Virus record (IMG/VR): IMGVR_UViG_3300027851_000024
Location: 1,035-65,034 of that record
DNA length: 64,000 bases
Direction: 5' to 3' (one strand)
Source of the DNA: a virus
Taxonomy: Duplodnaviria; Caudoviricetes
Part shown: in pieces, positions 47,223-58,847 of the stretch
Layout: every line of letters begins with the position of its first letter
Position numbering within the stretch: position 1 is the stretch's first letter
Position numbers and translations under genes: made by a program
Notes under the pieces: generated by a model
Databases searched by the model: none
What the model saw: only the letters and a program-made list of their open reading frames with translations
Told to the model about the DNA's origin: nothing

Positions 47223-47406
47223 CCAACTCGATGTAGCGTGGGAACAAACTGAGATACATCTGAGAGAAGCATTAGCTAATCGAAGAATGTTTTATGGTGA
47301 ATCCAGGACTCATTGCCGGGACTGTGAAGAACCTATTCCTGAAGGTCGTCGCAAAGCTGTGCCTGGCTGCCAATATTGTGTTAAGTGTGCTGAGGAGTAT
47401 GAATAA
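47215..47406 (+). CDS. TraR/DksA C4 zinc-finger protein
   Basis: MAD.LD.A...CRDCEEPIPEGRRKAVPGCQYCVKC. Confidence 0.9.
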   Translation: MADQLDVAWEQTEIHLREALANRRMFYGESRTHCRDCEEPIPEGRRKAVPGCQYCVKCAEEYE

Positions 47407-47651
47407 TGAGTTATAGACCTGGAGATTATTTAGTCATTTGTGATCAATGTGGATTCCAAAGATATGCGTCTGAATGTCGGATGACTTGGGACAAGTTGTT
47501 TGTTTGTGCAGATACATGTTGGGAAGAAAAGCATCCACACTACACAGATCCGAAACCGCTTGGAGAAAAACAAAGTGTTCCAGTTCATAGACCAGAACCA
47601 ACAGAAACTTTTATTGATCCTTCCGATCCAATAACTCCAGATGACTTATAA
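47406..47651 (+). CDS. Conserved head-completion region zinc-ribbon protein
   Basis: ICDQCGF...W..L.VC..CWE.KHP...RPE. Confidence 0.7.
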   Translation: MSYRPGDYLVICDQCGFQRYASECRMTWDKLFVCADTCWEEKHPHYTDPKPLGEKQSVPVHRPEPTETFIDPSDPITPDDL

Positions 47652-47656
47652 AACTT

Positions 47657-48325
47657 ATGGCTACTTTTCTTGCTTTAAAAACTAGGGCTGATGTGCTTGT
47701 TGATAATCCCGCAGTGACAAATCTGTTGGGAGGCTTTATCAATCAGGGAGTTTCTGAAATTGCTGGTGGCATTCCATCGTTATTGGATGGCATTGATAAT
47801 CCACTTCCAAATTCGTTGACTCCACCGCTGCCAGAGTTGTTCACGATTGGGACTGTAACGACTTCTATTGTTGCTGCCTATGTAGATATGCCAATTAACT
47901 TTCAGCGAGATTTACAGTTAGCAGTATCCTACACTGGAAGTGAAATTGACATCGCTCATTCTTTCATAGAGTTTGCTGAAACCTATCCGTTACTGAATAA
48001 GTCTGGGCGGATTTCTGAAGTAGCTGAGCATGGAAAGAAGTTGTATTATCAGGGAATTCCCACTGTAGCCGAAACAGTTACGTTGCATTATTATCGAAAG
48101 CCTGTTGCTATGGTACTTGATGCAGATGTTCCTGATGGCATTCCTGAGCATTTACATATATCTTTGTTGGTAAACTTCGCTGCTTGGAAAGCTTACGAGC
48201 GTCTTGAAGAAAATCTGGAAGGCCAGACTCCAAACACTGATAAATATAAAAGGTTTTTCATGGAAGCAATGAGGACATTTGAATTATCGATTCCATCATA
48301 TTCTCGTGGATTTATGCTCAGATGA
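47657..48325 (+). CDS. Head-tail adaptor protein (putative)
   Basis: L..FINQG...Y...P......D.P..IPE..H..LV pattern. Confidence 0.65.
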   Translation: MATFLALKTRADVLVDNPAVTNLLGGFINQGVSEIAGGIPSLLDGIDNPLPNSLTPPLPELFTIGTVTTSIVAAYVDMPINFQRDLQLAVSYTGSEIDIAHSFIEFAETYPLLNKSGRISEVAEHGKKLYYQGIPTVAETVTLHYYRKPVAMVLDADVPDGIPEHLHISLLVNFAAWKAYERLEENLEGQTPNTDKYKRFFMEAMRTFELSIPSYSRGFMLR

Positions 48326-48336
48326 AGGTGGTCTAA

Positions 48337-49593
48337 ATGGCTAATAAGCAAACATTTGTAACAAGGCTTGCACTTGGGCCTTTTAAGGGAATGAATAATA
48401 GGGCCGAAGATCATGCCTTGCCAGTAAGTACAGATGAAGATCCGAGAAATGCGGTTCGAAATGTAGTCAATGCTGACTTTACTAATGCGGGCAAGGTTAA
48501 AAGACGCAAAGGAAGTACTAAGAAATGTGATGGGCTTGGTATAAAATATGGCTTTTCATGCTCACAGGGACAGTTCATAGTTGAAGGTAACACTTTAAAA
48601 CTGATCAATGCTGACTGGACTAAGACAACCATTTATACCGGAGTGCTTGGAACTAGTTTTGCCCATTTTGAATTTAATGGAGAAGTCTTTTTTAGTGATG
48701 GCTTGATTGGACTGAAGATCATATCTGGTGTAGCACAACGATGGGGAATGGCTAATCCAGCAGCGCCAATAGTCTATACAGCTGCTGGAATACTTGGGGC
48801 AGGAACATATCTTTGTTGTATAACATTTTATGATGCACTTGGTAATGAATCTGGAGCAAGTGATATTGTTTCGTTGGATGTGGATGCAAATAGTAGCGTT
48901 GTTTTTGCTAATCTTCCAACTTCAGCAGACAGCCAGGTTGTTGGCATAAGAATGTACATGACTACAGCGAATGGAAATGTCTTCTATCAGTGTGGTGATA
49001 CAGCAATCGGAACGCTTAGTTACTCGGTTGTGCTCCCTCATGATGGAGGAAAGTTAATAGAGACGTTGTTCATGACTCGGCCACCTGCAGGACAGATTAT
49101 TAGAGAGCATAATGGGAGGTTCTTAATTGCAGCTGGACCTTACCTATATGTGACAGAAGCATACTCAACTGATCTTGTATCACAGCTTAGTAAAAGTGTA
49201 TTTCAGTTCAGCAACGATATTACGATTGTCGAGCCTGTTGATGATGGAGTATGGATTGTTGCAGACAAAACTTTCTTTTTTGCAGGCAGCGGGCCAGAAA
49301 ACTATCAGCAAGTAACTAAACTAGAGTATGGAGCAGCACTTGGCACTGGACAGAAACTAGAAAATGGAATGGTATGTTGGTTTTCAATAAGGGGATTAAT
49401 TATGGCAGGAAATGGAGGAGATATAAAGAACATTCAGGAAGCTACAGTAGCGCCAGATTACAGCAGTTCTGGAACAGCCTTAATCCGGAAAGAGGATGGA
49501 ATGAATCAGTTTATAACGAGTCTTAAAACGCCAAGTATGTCAACAATGGCTGCATCGAGCTGGATTGATGCTGAAGTTATCAGAAGGAGTTAA
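48337..49593 (+). CDS. Tail nozzle/stabilisation protein (putative)
   Basis: F.GMNN...N.D....G....R.G; beta-rich; follows the adaptor. Confidence 0.6.
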   Translation: MANKQTFVTRLALGPFKGMNNRAEDHALPVSTDEDPRNAVRNVVNADFTNAGKVKRRKGSTKKCDGLGIKYGFSCSQGQFIVEGNTLKLINADWTKTTIYTGVLGTSFAHFEFNGEVFFSDGLIGLKIISGVAQRWGMANPAAPIVYTAAGILGAGTYLCCITFYDALGNESGASDIVSLDVDANSSVVFANLPTSADSQVVGIRMYMTTANGNVFYQCGDTAIGTLSYSVVLPHDGGKLIETLFMTRPPAGQIIREHNGRFLIAAGPYLYVTEAYSTDLVSQLSKSVFQFSNDITIVEPVDDGVWIVADKTFFFAGSGPENYQQVTKLEYGAALGTGQKLENGMVCWFSIRGLIMAGNGGDIKNIQEATVAPDYSSSGTALIRKEDGMNQFITSLKTPSMSTMAASSWIDAEVIRRS

Positions 49594-49596
49594 TGA

Positions 49597-50995
49597 ATGG
49601 AAATATATAATCCAGGATTCATCTATACTGTTGAGCATATTGGTGTGGATGGAAAGATTAAATCGGTTGAAAAGATTCATAACCTGATGCCTACAGTAGC
49701 GGTTGATTACTTGCTTAATGCTGCCTTTATGGGAGGGTCAGCATACTCGACTTGGTATCTGTCGCTGTTTGATAATAACAGGACTCCTCTTGCAGCAGAC
49801 ACTATGACTACGTTCATGGCTGACTGTGGTGAAGATACAGTTTATACAGCTGTCGGAGGAGCTAGGCCAACGATTTCTTTTCCTCCAGTAGCTTCTGGAG
49901 TATTAACAACTGTTGCTAGTCCAAATGAATTGGCATTTCCTAGTGCAGCGACAGTGCGTGGAGCATTTGTTACTACCGGAGTTACGAGAGGTGGAACTAC
50001 TGGGCTTCTTTGTTCTGCTGTGTTGTTCTCAACTGCCAAAGTGCTTGCTGCTGGAGAATCGCTTCGTGTTCCAGTTGGCTTTGCACTTATATCTGCGTGA
50101 GGTGAGATATGTCTTGTTTAAGTGATTATGCAGAAAATTTGGTTCTTACGTGGCTGTTGACAGCAGATGCTCCTGCTGCTGCCGCAAGGCCGACTGCTTG
50201 GTTTGTGGCTCTTCATACTGGTGATCCAGGAGAGACTGGAGCGAGCAATGAGGTGCTGGTAGCTACTGATGCAGACTATGTTCGTAAGGCTATTACGTTT
50301 GCGAATGGTTCAGGTGGACAATCGTTAAGTACTCTTGAAGTTTCGTGGACAGTTAATTCTGCGTCTGCTGGATATACTGTGACTCATGCATCTGTTTGGG
50401 ATGCCCTGTCTGCTGGCAACTGTCTGTTTAAGGGGCCGCTTCTTGCTTCTCGTGCACTGATTGCTAATGGAGTTCTTACTTTTTCTGTTGGCGAAATTGT
50501 CGCCACTGCTGATTGAGGTGAATCATGAGCTTTAAACTTTCGACTGGAATGCGTAATCACCTGATGGCAACTGATGACTTTGCTGCAGGCGTTAATGGTG
50601 GGTTGATCAAGATTTATGGAAGCCCGACAAGTCAGGCTGCTGCGGATGCATTAATTCCAGCGAGTGCTGATGCTGCTCTTGGATCTGCGACGTTGCTTGT
50701 AACTATTTCTGTGTCGGGTGGTGGAACTGGGTTGAACATGGACACTACACCATCTTCAGGTGTGCTGACCAAAGCATCTGCCGAAGCATGGTATGGGACT
50801 AATGCTGCGTCTGGATATGCTTCATTCTATCGATTCGCTGCCATTGCTGATGATGGAACTCTCAGCACTACAGCAAAGCGCTGTCAAGGAACAGTTGGTA
50901 TTCTTGGGACTGATCTGATTGTTGCTTCGGCGTATTTGACACTTGGGCAAGAGCAGAGAATTGATAGTTACGCTATTGGAATTCCTTCGGAGTAA
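49597..50995 (+). CDS. Three small tail proteins (49597-50100, 50109-50516, 50525-50995)
   Basis: Ala/Gly/Thr-rich; 50109 is paralogous to 46322. Confidence 0.6.
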
Positions 50996-50998
50996 TAT

Positions 50999-53900
50999 GT
51001 GATAACCTTTGATGGAGATCGTAGCCTCAAACGTAAATGGTTTGCAAAGAAGCAACTTGCAATCATTCAAGAAATTGATGTGCCTGCAAAAGCTGTGAAG
51101 TGGGACGGATTTAATTTCAAAGTCTGGCAGCTTGGGGAAGATCTGAATGGTGGCAGAGTAACCGCGCCGATGGGAGCAGTGGTTGCATGTTCGTCTGCGA
51201 ATGGAATTAAGATTGCGGTTGCTGATTACTGGGCTGGTGGATTCAATGCTGAGCAAGACCTATATGTGGTTTTTAAGGATCTTGGGGTATCAGGAGAATT
51301 TACTACGTTCTTTGAAGGTGCAATTGATATTCCTCCTGATCCTATTCCATCAGACTACGAACCTACATATTACCCGATGAAGTTCATTCCGGCAATCGGA
51401 ACATCATGGTTTGGCCTTGTTGATGGCGATACTGTTGGGCCAGATTCTGTAGAGGTGGATAATTTTCCATGTGGGCCTGTTCCGTTGCCATGGAAAGGTG
51501 AAGCATACGACATCATGGTCGGCGGAACCATGAAATATGACCTTGATGGGAATGGAGTGTATGACTGGTTTAGGCATGTGTTTGAGAAGAACACTTCATT
51601 TTATCTTGCTGCCGGCCAACAGGCATTACGAAAGAATTGCATAGCAAAACACATAGAGTATGATATAAATTTCGATCCTCTACGGACATATCAAAAGACT
51701 GGAACAGATCGATATACTTCATACCATGGAGCATATATTTACGACTTCGTTGATAGTATCAAAGTTGTTGGTTACAACATTGATGTAACAACAAGTACAG
51801 TTGATAATATTCAATTCAGTGAAATCCTTACAACTGCAATGCCAGAAACATTGCGGTTGATCCTTATTCATACTTTGAATGATGGTTCTTGTGAACCTAT
51901 AGGATCTTATGCAACAGACAATATGTTTTTTCATGCAGTAAATGCTACAACGCATATCTGGTCATCAGGCGGAGAATCGTGTGCAGCCAAAGATTATTAT
52001 GATGACAATCCAGGCAATGATGACTGGAGATTGTTCTATTCAATGACAGTTGATGGAGTTACACATCTTGTCAATTATGGGCAGTTTGGAGCATTGCTAA
52101 ACTCGCTATCGTTGCATGGAACTTCTGGTAGTTGGTACGATGCGATGAGGATGTTTTCTCAGTTGGTCGGTGCATATCCGAATTGCAATTGGACAGTACC
52201 GTATGATTCAATAATGTTTCATGATGATGATAATAATCTTTATACATGGACTAGACCTTATGGCCCTGTGAAAATATCTAAAGATGGAATAGAGGTAATT
52301 GAAATGTCTATTCCATCTGAGGTTGTTGATAATGACGGAGTGCGGCCTGAGATAACGTATGCGGGAAGGTTTGTGGATTACAGATTGTACCTATGTATTT
52401 GTAATAAGGTGAAGGAAGAAGTGAAGGCAGTATATATCGGTAATCCATTTCCTGATGATGAAGATGATAGTGATGATTGGATAAAGTTACCTCATGTTGA
52501 TCCAAGAATAGTACATGTTACTAATCCAGATGAAGACGTAGTAACTTGTGTATTGTTTCATGTGCGGCCTGTAAGAGTTACTCCGACAAGTGTTTTTTTG
52601 ATTGGAATAACAAAGGATACTACTCTTTATATAGATGATCAGACTGGAGAGTATATTAGAGATGAAAGTGGTGAGCTTACTAAATCATATCATTATCATT
52701 TCGCCTCGTTAATTTGGTCAGTTGATTTAGAAGGAAACGCTACTACAGATATCTGGACTCAGTTGGCGAGACTTCCTTTTACTGCAAGTGATAATGATAA
52801 TTTGCAAGTTGGCCTTTATGGAGATGATAGCAGAGTAAATGAGCTAGCAGCATACTTGACTCCACCTCCGATTATGCCACAATCTCCAGTCGGGCCTTAC
52901 GATAAATATTCAATAGGATTGCCATGAGCATCTTACAAAAAGATTATGTATATGAGATTATCCAAGGAGAATCATACACAACTTCAACTCCTGGAATACC
53001 TGCAACTGATGGATACTGGACTTCGCTTCCACCGACTTCAGTTGTGAATGTAACTGATCCAGTTTCTGATTCAGTTGTTACTACTGCGGCGATAAATGAA
53101 ACGCCTGGATATGTTAGACTTGCAACATGGACAGAAGTAAAAGGTATCTGGCCTTGGCTTACTTCTGAATGTGCAATTCAGGTAAAGATTCTTGAAGGGA
53201 TATGTTCAAGTCCAACTCTTGGATCAACTATCTTTACTCAGTATTCATATCGGAAAGAAGATCAGCCATTAGATGGTGGTCGGTTGCTTATGTATACGGT
53301 TTATATTGTGATTCAACGAATCAATGGTGGGGTTGCTTTCTGTGCAGTCACCGGACCAACAAGTAATATTACAATTGAGTCTAATCCAATTTATATTCCA
53401 AATTATGAGTACACAGCGGGGACTATAGATGGCTGTTAATCCTGGTGATGCGTTTCCGATACTTGGTGGAGGATATGATAGTACAGGGACAAATTTAATA
53501 CCGTTCCCAGTAGTATCTTCTTCTTCAATTCCAACATCTTCTTTGTATGTTCAACCAACTGTAGATGATACAAAGATATGGCATCCTCCTACACCAGCAG
53601 TTCCAGGCACGACTGTAACGCACACTACACCGAGTAAGATTAATAAACTGCTCAATAAAGGATGGAACAGTTGGGCACGAAGCATTAATCCACTGGTAAT
53701 CGGAGAGGTTTGTGTCTTTACAGTCATGGATGGTGTATCAGGAGCGATTCTTGGCATTGGTCCAGCAGGACTAGAGACTAGCGGCCCTGGAGCATTTTCA
53801 CATTCTATTATTTGTGATGTTTCTGGAGTGCATATCCGTGAGAATAATACTCAGGTCAAGACACTGAAAGACCTTCAGACAGCAGTTTCTGTTCTGAGGA

Positions 53901-55272
53901 TTCATCGGCAGGAAGATGGAAGCATTGTTTATGTAGCTACGACAGGAACAGAAACACTGATATATACAAGTCTTTTTCCATGTCCAAAGTATCTGACCTT
54001 ATATGTCTATGGCCTGCTCTACTCTAGTGGGGACAAAGTAACAGCAACACAGTTCGCTGATTATGGTGATGTTCAATATGGAGCCTGCTAATGGATGCTG
54101 TATTTGGATTTGTTGTTAATAACTGTGATGTTATATTCCCTGCTGAGTTTGGAATAACATTTGGCAGAGGTCAATTTGCATCTGCAACATTCTCAAGTGA
54201 GTTTGGACTTATTCCAAGTGGAGAATCGAACTATGGCTATGCTATGCTTCCGAGTTTTGCCAGCATAGGAGGCGAGATTCCTACTGGATATGGAGTAGGC
54301 TCGACTGAACTTCCAGCATTTACCTCAACTGGCAGCGGAGGATTTTATATTCCGCCTGAACCAGTATGGGGATATGCTGAGTTGCCATGGTTCACTTCAT
54401 TTGGTCTTGTCAAGACCAGTTCTCCAGGAACAGGAAGTTCAACGATTCCGGCATTTGAGTCTATTGGAGGAGAGGGTAATTACGGAATTGGTGAAGCCAC
54501 ATTGCCTGCCGTGCAGTCATATGGTATTGAAGGTCCAGCAGCTAATGTTGCTAATGCAATAACTGGAATCTACCTGTTTGATGGGATTGGAGTTGGTCAG
54601 GATCAGATTGTCTTTGTTGATTGGAATGGACAGATAGTTGACAGTATTTCAGGCACACGAATATTGATTGATAGTATTCTTGTTAGTCTTGAAATTAGTG
54701 ACACTTACTCAGTACTTGGATTGCTTCTAGCATCACTGGATGATTCATTATCAATTACTGGTTCTATAGTTGCAAGTGTTGGAGATGGAACAAACTTTGC
54801 GCCTGCAATTGATGCATCCTCCAGGGTGTGGGTAGTAAATATTGATACAGGTGCAACTAGTCAATATGATGATTATGGTTATATTTCTTTCTACTCGTAT
54901 GGAGGAAAAAATTACGGTGTGGCAGAAGATGGAATCTATGAACTAACTGGAGATACTGATAATGGAGTTGAGATAGATGCTCTGGTAGATTTTGGTCGAA
55001 CTGATTTAGGCTCCATATATAAAAAGAGAGTTACTTCTGCGTATGTGGATGTTGGGTCGGATGGCAAAATGGCCTTAGTCATAGAAACTGATGGACAGAC
55101 ATCAAGCTTTGAAGCAAACGATTATAGTACAGCAGTATCACGGCATAGAATTAACATGGGAAGTGCATTGTCTGGCTATTATTGGAATCCAGTTCTGACA
55201 AATAACAATGGATATGATTTTGATCTTGCAAGTATTATGCTTGAAATTATGCAATTAAATAGGAGACTTTAA
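50999..55272 (+). CDS. Four tail-tip/baseplate-like proteins (50999-52927, 52924-53439, 53429-54091, 54091-55272)
   Basis: Overlapping stop/start chain, beta-rich composition. Confidence 0.55.
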
Positions 55273-56784
55273 TGCCAACTGCAGCTTAAAATGATCATGC
55301 CAACATGGAGTATTCATAGCAAGTTGCCGTTTTTGCATGATGAATATAACTTAAACTGTTATCAGGTTGGTTTGTTTGGTGATGATCAAATGGTAAATGA
55401 ACTTAGAAATTTTACTTCTCCTCCTCCAGTTTTATCTCAGATGCCATGGACGCCTAATTATGCTATCTATGATACCTTGTGGGATTTTGTAATATAATTT
55501 GGAGTAATATATGTCTATAATAACTAATGAAAGGTTATTGCTCAGTAGTGCTGATGTCTTAACTGCATATTCAACTCAGATGGTTTATCATGTTCCTACA
55601 GAAAAATTAGTTTGCTTATTTGCAGCAACAGATACTACTGCAGCAAGTTCCACAATAAGGTCTAAATATGTATCATCTACTGGTAATATATCTGCATTAG
55701 CTGACACAGGAAATCCAATTGTATATACAATTAAACAACCTGGTGGTGTAGAATTTGGTCTTGGGGGAGTACAAGATAGATTGCTTTTTAGAAGTAGAAC
55801 AGATTATGTAGCAAGTTTGACTGTAGATACAAACGGAATGATCTCAAATGGAGAAGCTGCTGTACAGAGTGATCTTTTGCCTCAAATGCTATCTGACAAT
55901 GTACTTTGCTGCATGGGAGGAATATTTGGGGTTGGAGTTTACGCATATATTTATTCATATAGTGGAGGGGCAATCTCATTTACAACCTCTACTCAAATAA
56001 ATAATGATACTACAAGTTCAAACAGTGATGCTTGTTTTTCTGTTGATAAAACTACAGGGGATTTTGTTTACTTATATAGGATTAGTAGTTCTCCATATAC
56101 TGGAAAAATTATTAGAGGGAATATTGCTCTTAATGGGACTGTGTCTGGAGTTTCAACAGAAACAACTGGACTTGTTTCTCAAACCGCTCCGGTTATGGAC
56201 GCTCCTAGTGGAGCATCTATTATTACTACAAGATCAGACTTTTCAGGAACATATAAAGATTCGTATTGTTTGTTAAATGATGGGAATATATTTACTCCAT
56301 TTTCACCTTGGCTTGGTTCTGCCCCAGAGTGTATTAGAAAAGTTGGTACAGAATATTATATAATGAGGGGAACATATAATGGAACAACTAATCTTACAAG
56401 AATAGCATCTAATGGTGATTTAATTGAATCAACTGAAATTCCCAATAGTGTGTATCTGCAAAAGCATGAAAATATTTGCTATGTTCCAGAGTTGCAGAAG
56501 GTTTTTTTAACATACAGTCGATCTGGAACTTGGGGTGTAATGCTTGCAGAGATTGATTTGTCTGAAGCATTCTGGACAAATTTTATAGGGCAAACAGAGA
56601 TAACATAATGACGACACTTATTAAAAATTGGAATTATATAATCGTTCCTGCAGGTACAGGTAGTGCGTTAGCTACTCAAGAATCAGTCTCTACTGTTACA
56701 TATCCTGTGGGAGATTATGTTGGTGATGCCTTACCAATAATTCAAACTTATCCAATTTATTGAATTAAATAGGAGACTTTAATG
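55253..56784 (+). mobile_element. 1.5-kb tail cassette bounded by 22-bp direct repeats
   Basis: AATTAAATAGGAGACTTTAATG at 55253-55274 and 56763-56784; contains 55291-55497, 55511-56608 and 56608-56763. Confidence 0.7.
55511..56608 (+). CDS. Putative tail-associated beta-rich protein
   Basis: 365 aa, AT-rich, C-terminal FWTNFIGQTE. Confidence 0.6.
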   Translation: MSIITNERLLLSSADVLTAYSTQMVYHVPTEKLVCLFAATDTTAASSTIRSKYVSSTGNISALADTGNPIVYTIKQPGGVEFGLGGVQDRLLFRSRTDYVASLTVDTNGMISNGEAAVQSDLLPQMLSDNVLCCMGGIFGVGVYAYIYSYSGGAISFTTSTQINNDTTSSNSDACFSVDKTTGDFVYLYRISSSPYTGKIIRGNIALNGTVSGVSTETTGLVSQTAPVMDAPSGASIITTRSDFSGTYKDSYCLLNDGNIFTPFSPWLGSAPECIRKVGTEYYIMRGTYNGTTNLTRIASNGDLIESTEIPNSVYLQKHENICYVPELQKVFLTYSRSGTWGVMLAEIDLSEAFWTNFIGQTEIT

Positions 56785-57750
56785 GCTGATGCAGCGGAAA
56801 TTATAAATCAAATCATTGCAAATGCGATTGCGACTGCAAATAAATCAACTTATGAAGCACAACGAGCAGCAGATGATTTGGTCAGGAGTAGTGCAGGATT
56901 TTATCTTACTCCACCAACAACAGTAACAGGGTTTAATGTTGAGGCGGTAGAACCAGATATACCGACAGCAGCAGACTCAACATACGATTATCAGGCTGAA
57001 CGTGATGCGTTGATTGCTTTGTTATCAAGTAAGCTAGCAAACTTTTTTACCACTTATTATCCTCTGGCAAGTGATGCTTTTGATGAAGCCACAACTTGGT
57101 TGGTCAACACGATTACGAATGGCGGAACTGGGATTCCGGCTGCACTTGAAGATCAGATAGTCCAGCGAATGCGAGACCGAATTATTAGGGATGGTCAAAG
57201 GGTTGCAAGTGGTATCTCGGCTGGCTATGCTGCGAGAGGATTTTCTCTAGTTCAGGGACCGATGATTTATGATTTGAACCAGGCAACATTTGAGCAGGCT
57301 GGCAAGATTGGAGAGGCCTCAACAGCCATGGCTACGAAGCAAGCTGAAATTGCTATCGAGACTATTAAGTTTGCAATTGGTAAAGCCATCGAATCTCGGA
57401 TTGCTGCAATGAATGCGGCAGTAGATTATATTCGGGCGCTTTCTGTAGCTCCTGATGCAGCTTCCAGGATTGCAGCACTGAATACTGATATTAAGGCTAA
57501 GATGATGAGTGCTGCGGCAGATTGGTACAGAGCCAGACAGTCAAGGGATCAAATGATATTGCAATCCAAACTGGCAGAGCTTACTGCTGGGATTGATGTC
57601 TACAAGCATAGGCGAGATAATGCAACACAAAGTGATCAGGTGGATGTTCAGGCACTTGCAGCCGCTGCTGATGTTTTTGCTAAGACTGCTCAGGCTGCAT
57701 TGACATCTTTGAACAGTGTTGTTGCTACGACTGCAAGCACGTTTGCGTGA
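56782..57750 (+). CDS. Putative internal virion/ejection protein
   Basis: Ala-rich helical, AARGFS...G motif. Confidence 0.55.
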   Translation: MADAAEIINQIIANAIATANKSTYEAQRAADDLVRSSAGFYLTPPTTVTGFNVEAVEPDIPTAADSTYDYQAERDALIALLSSKLANFFTTYYPLASDAFDEATTWLVNTITNGGTGIPAALEDQIVQRMRDRIIRDGQRVASGISAGYAARGFSLVQGPMIYDLNQATFEQAGKIGEASTAMATKQAEIAIETIKFAIGKAIESRIAAMNAAVDYIRALSVAPDAASRIAALNTDIKAKMMSAAADWYRARQSRDQMILQSKLAELTAGIDVYKHRRDNATQSDQVDVQALAAAADVFAKTAQAALTSLNSVVATTASTFA

Positions 57751-57779
57751 TAACAATCATTAATTATTGAGGTTAAGCT

Positions 57780-58847
57780 ATGGCTCTTAGTACTATTGAA
57801 GAAGAAAGAAAACGTAAAGAAGCAGCAGCTAAACAACTTACTCCTACTACTGATCCCTTTCTTGCCTCGATTGCTAGAGGAGATTATACTACGCCTAAAC
57901 CAGTTGTTAAGCAAGCACAGGCTACTCCAGGCAATATAATGAGTGAATCTTTCTATGGAGGGGCAGATTACTCACCTAGAACAAGACCTCAGATAGGCCA
58001 ATCACAGCCAGATGGAAGTAGATTGGTAATTGATCAAAGAGCATCAACTCAATCTAATACTATAAATCCACCACCGCTTAAAGAAATTCCCAATGCTCAG
58101 AGAGATGCTGAGTTGGGCAAGATGACAGCTTCAAGGAATGGAAATATAGTTACATATGATATTGGTGGAAACACTCTTTCATATGATGCAAGCCAGACTG
58201 ATCCAAGTAAAATTAGCTTAAGAAATATAAACAAATCTTCTGGTAATGCCCCTACTTGGGATGATTATCATGTACAGCAAAGGGCTAGATATGAGGCTGC
58301 AAATCCTCGTAAATATGCTTCTTCTGAATCAACTCCAATAACACCGAAGCCTATTGAAGATAATAGTTTTGGTGGATTGTTTCTGCAAGGATTACAAACT
58401 AGAAAAAATATGTCTGAAGCTCAGATGGCGGATCTTCGGGCAAAGCAAGAGGTTGCTCGGGCAGAGGTAATGAATCAAGCAAATCGTACTTTAGTAGATG
58501 TGGATAGAAATCGGTTGCTTGAAATGGATGTACAAGGACAAAATAAGTTACGGGATATTCAAGGTCAGGTAGCACAACAGCCACCAGTTACTGAAAGTAC
58601 ATTAAAGCCTATGATAATTGAAGAGGCTGATCCAAATGATCCAACTGGAATGAGTAAGAGGCAGCGAATCATGATTCCAAATGCGGAAGGTACTGGATAT
58701 GTTGATGGAATGACTGGGCAGGCACCAGCAAGTACAGTTCCACAAGTTACCCCTGAACAAAGAAGTAAGATCAACGCATTAATCAAAGCTAATCCAAACA
58801 TTGATAGGGCAACTATTCTTCAGAAAATAGCTAATGGAGAAATTTAA
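57780..58847 (+). CDS. Putative internal virion/ejection protein
   Basis: Gln/Pro-rich with coiled coil; precedes the giant protein. Confidence 0.5.
   Translation: MALSTIEEERKRKEAAAKQLTPTTDPFLASIARGDYTTPKPVVKQAQATPGNIMSESFYGGADYSPRTRPQIGQSQPDGSRLVIDQRASTQSNTINPPPLKEIPNAQRDAELGKMTASRNGNIVTYDIGGNTLSYDASQTDPSKISLRNINKSSGNAPTWDDYHVQQRARYEAANPRKYASSESTPITPKPIEDNSFGGLFLQGLQTRKNMSEAQMADLRAKQEVARAEVMNQANRTLVDVDRNRLLEMDVQGQNKLRDIQGQVAQQPPVTESTLKPMIIEEADPNDPTGMSKRQRIMIPNAEGTGYVDGMTGQAPASTVPQVTPEQRSKINALIKANPNIDRATILQKIANGEI

Noticed and set aside
48572-48585. Near-match GTTCAtagtTGAAG
   Set aside because: One arm mismatch, no AGC flank, in coding sequence; compatible with chance
55291-55497. DGR template/variable repeat pair with 52770-52900
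   Set aside because: No reverse transcriptase in the window; similarity is at protein level and not adenine-specific
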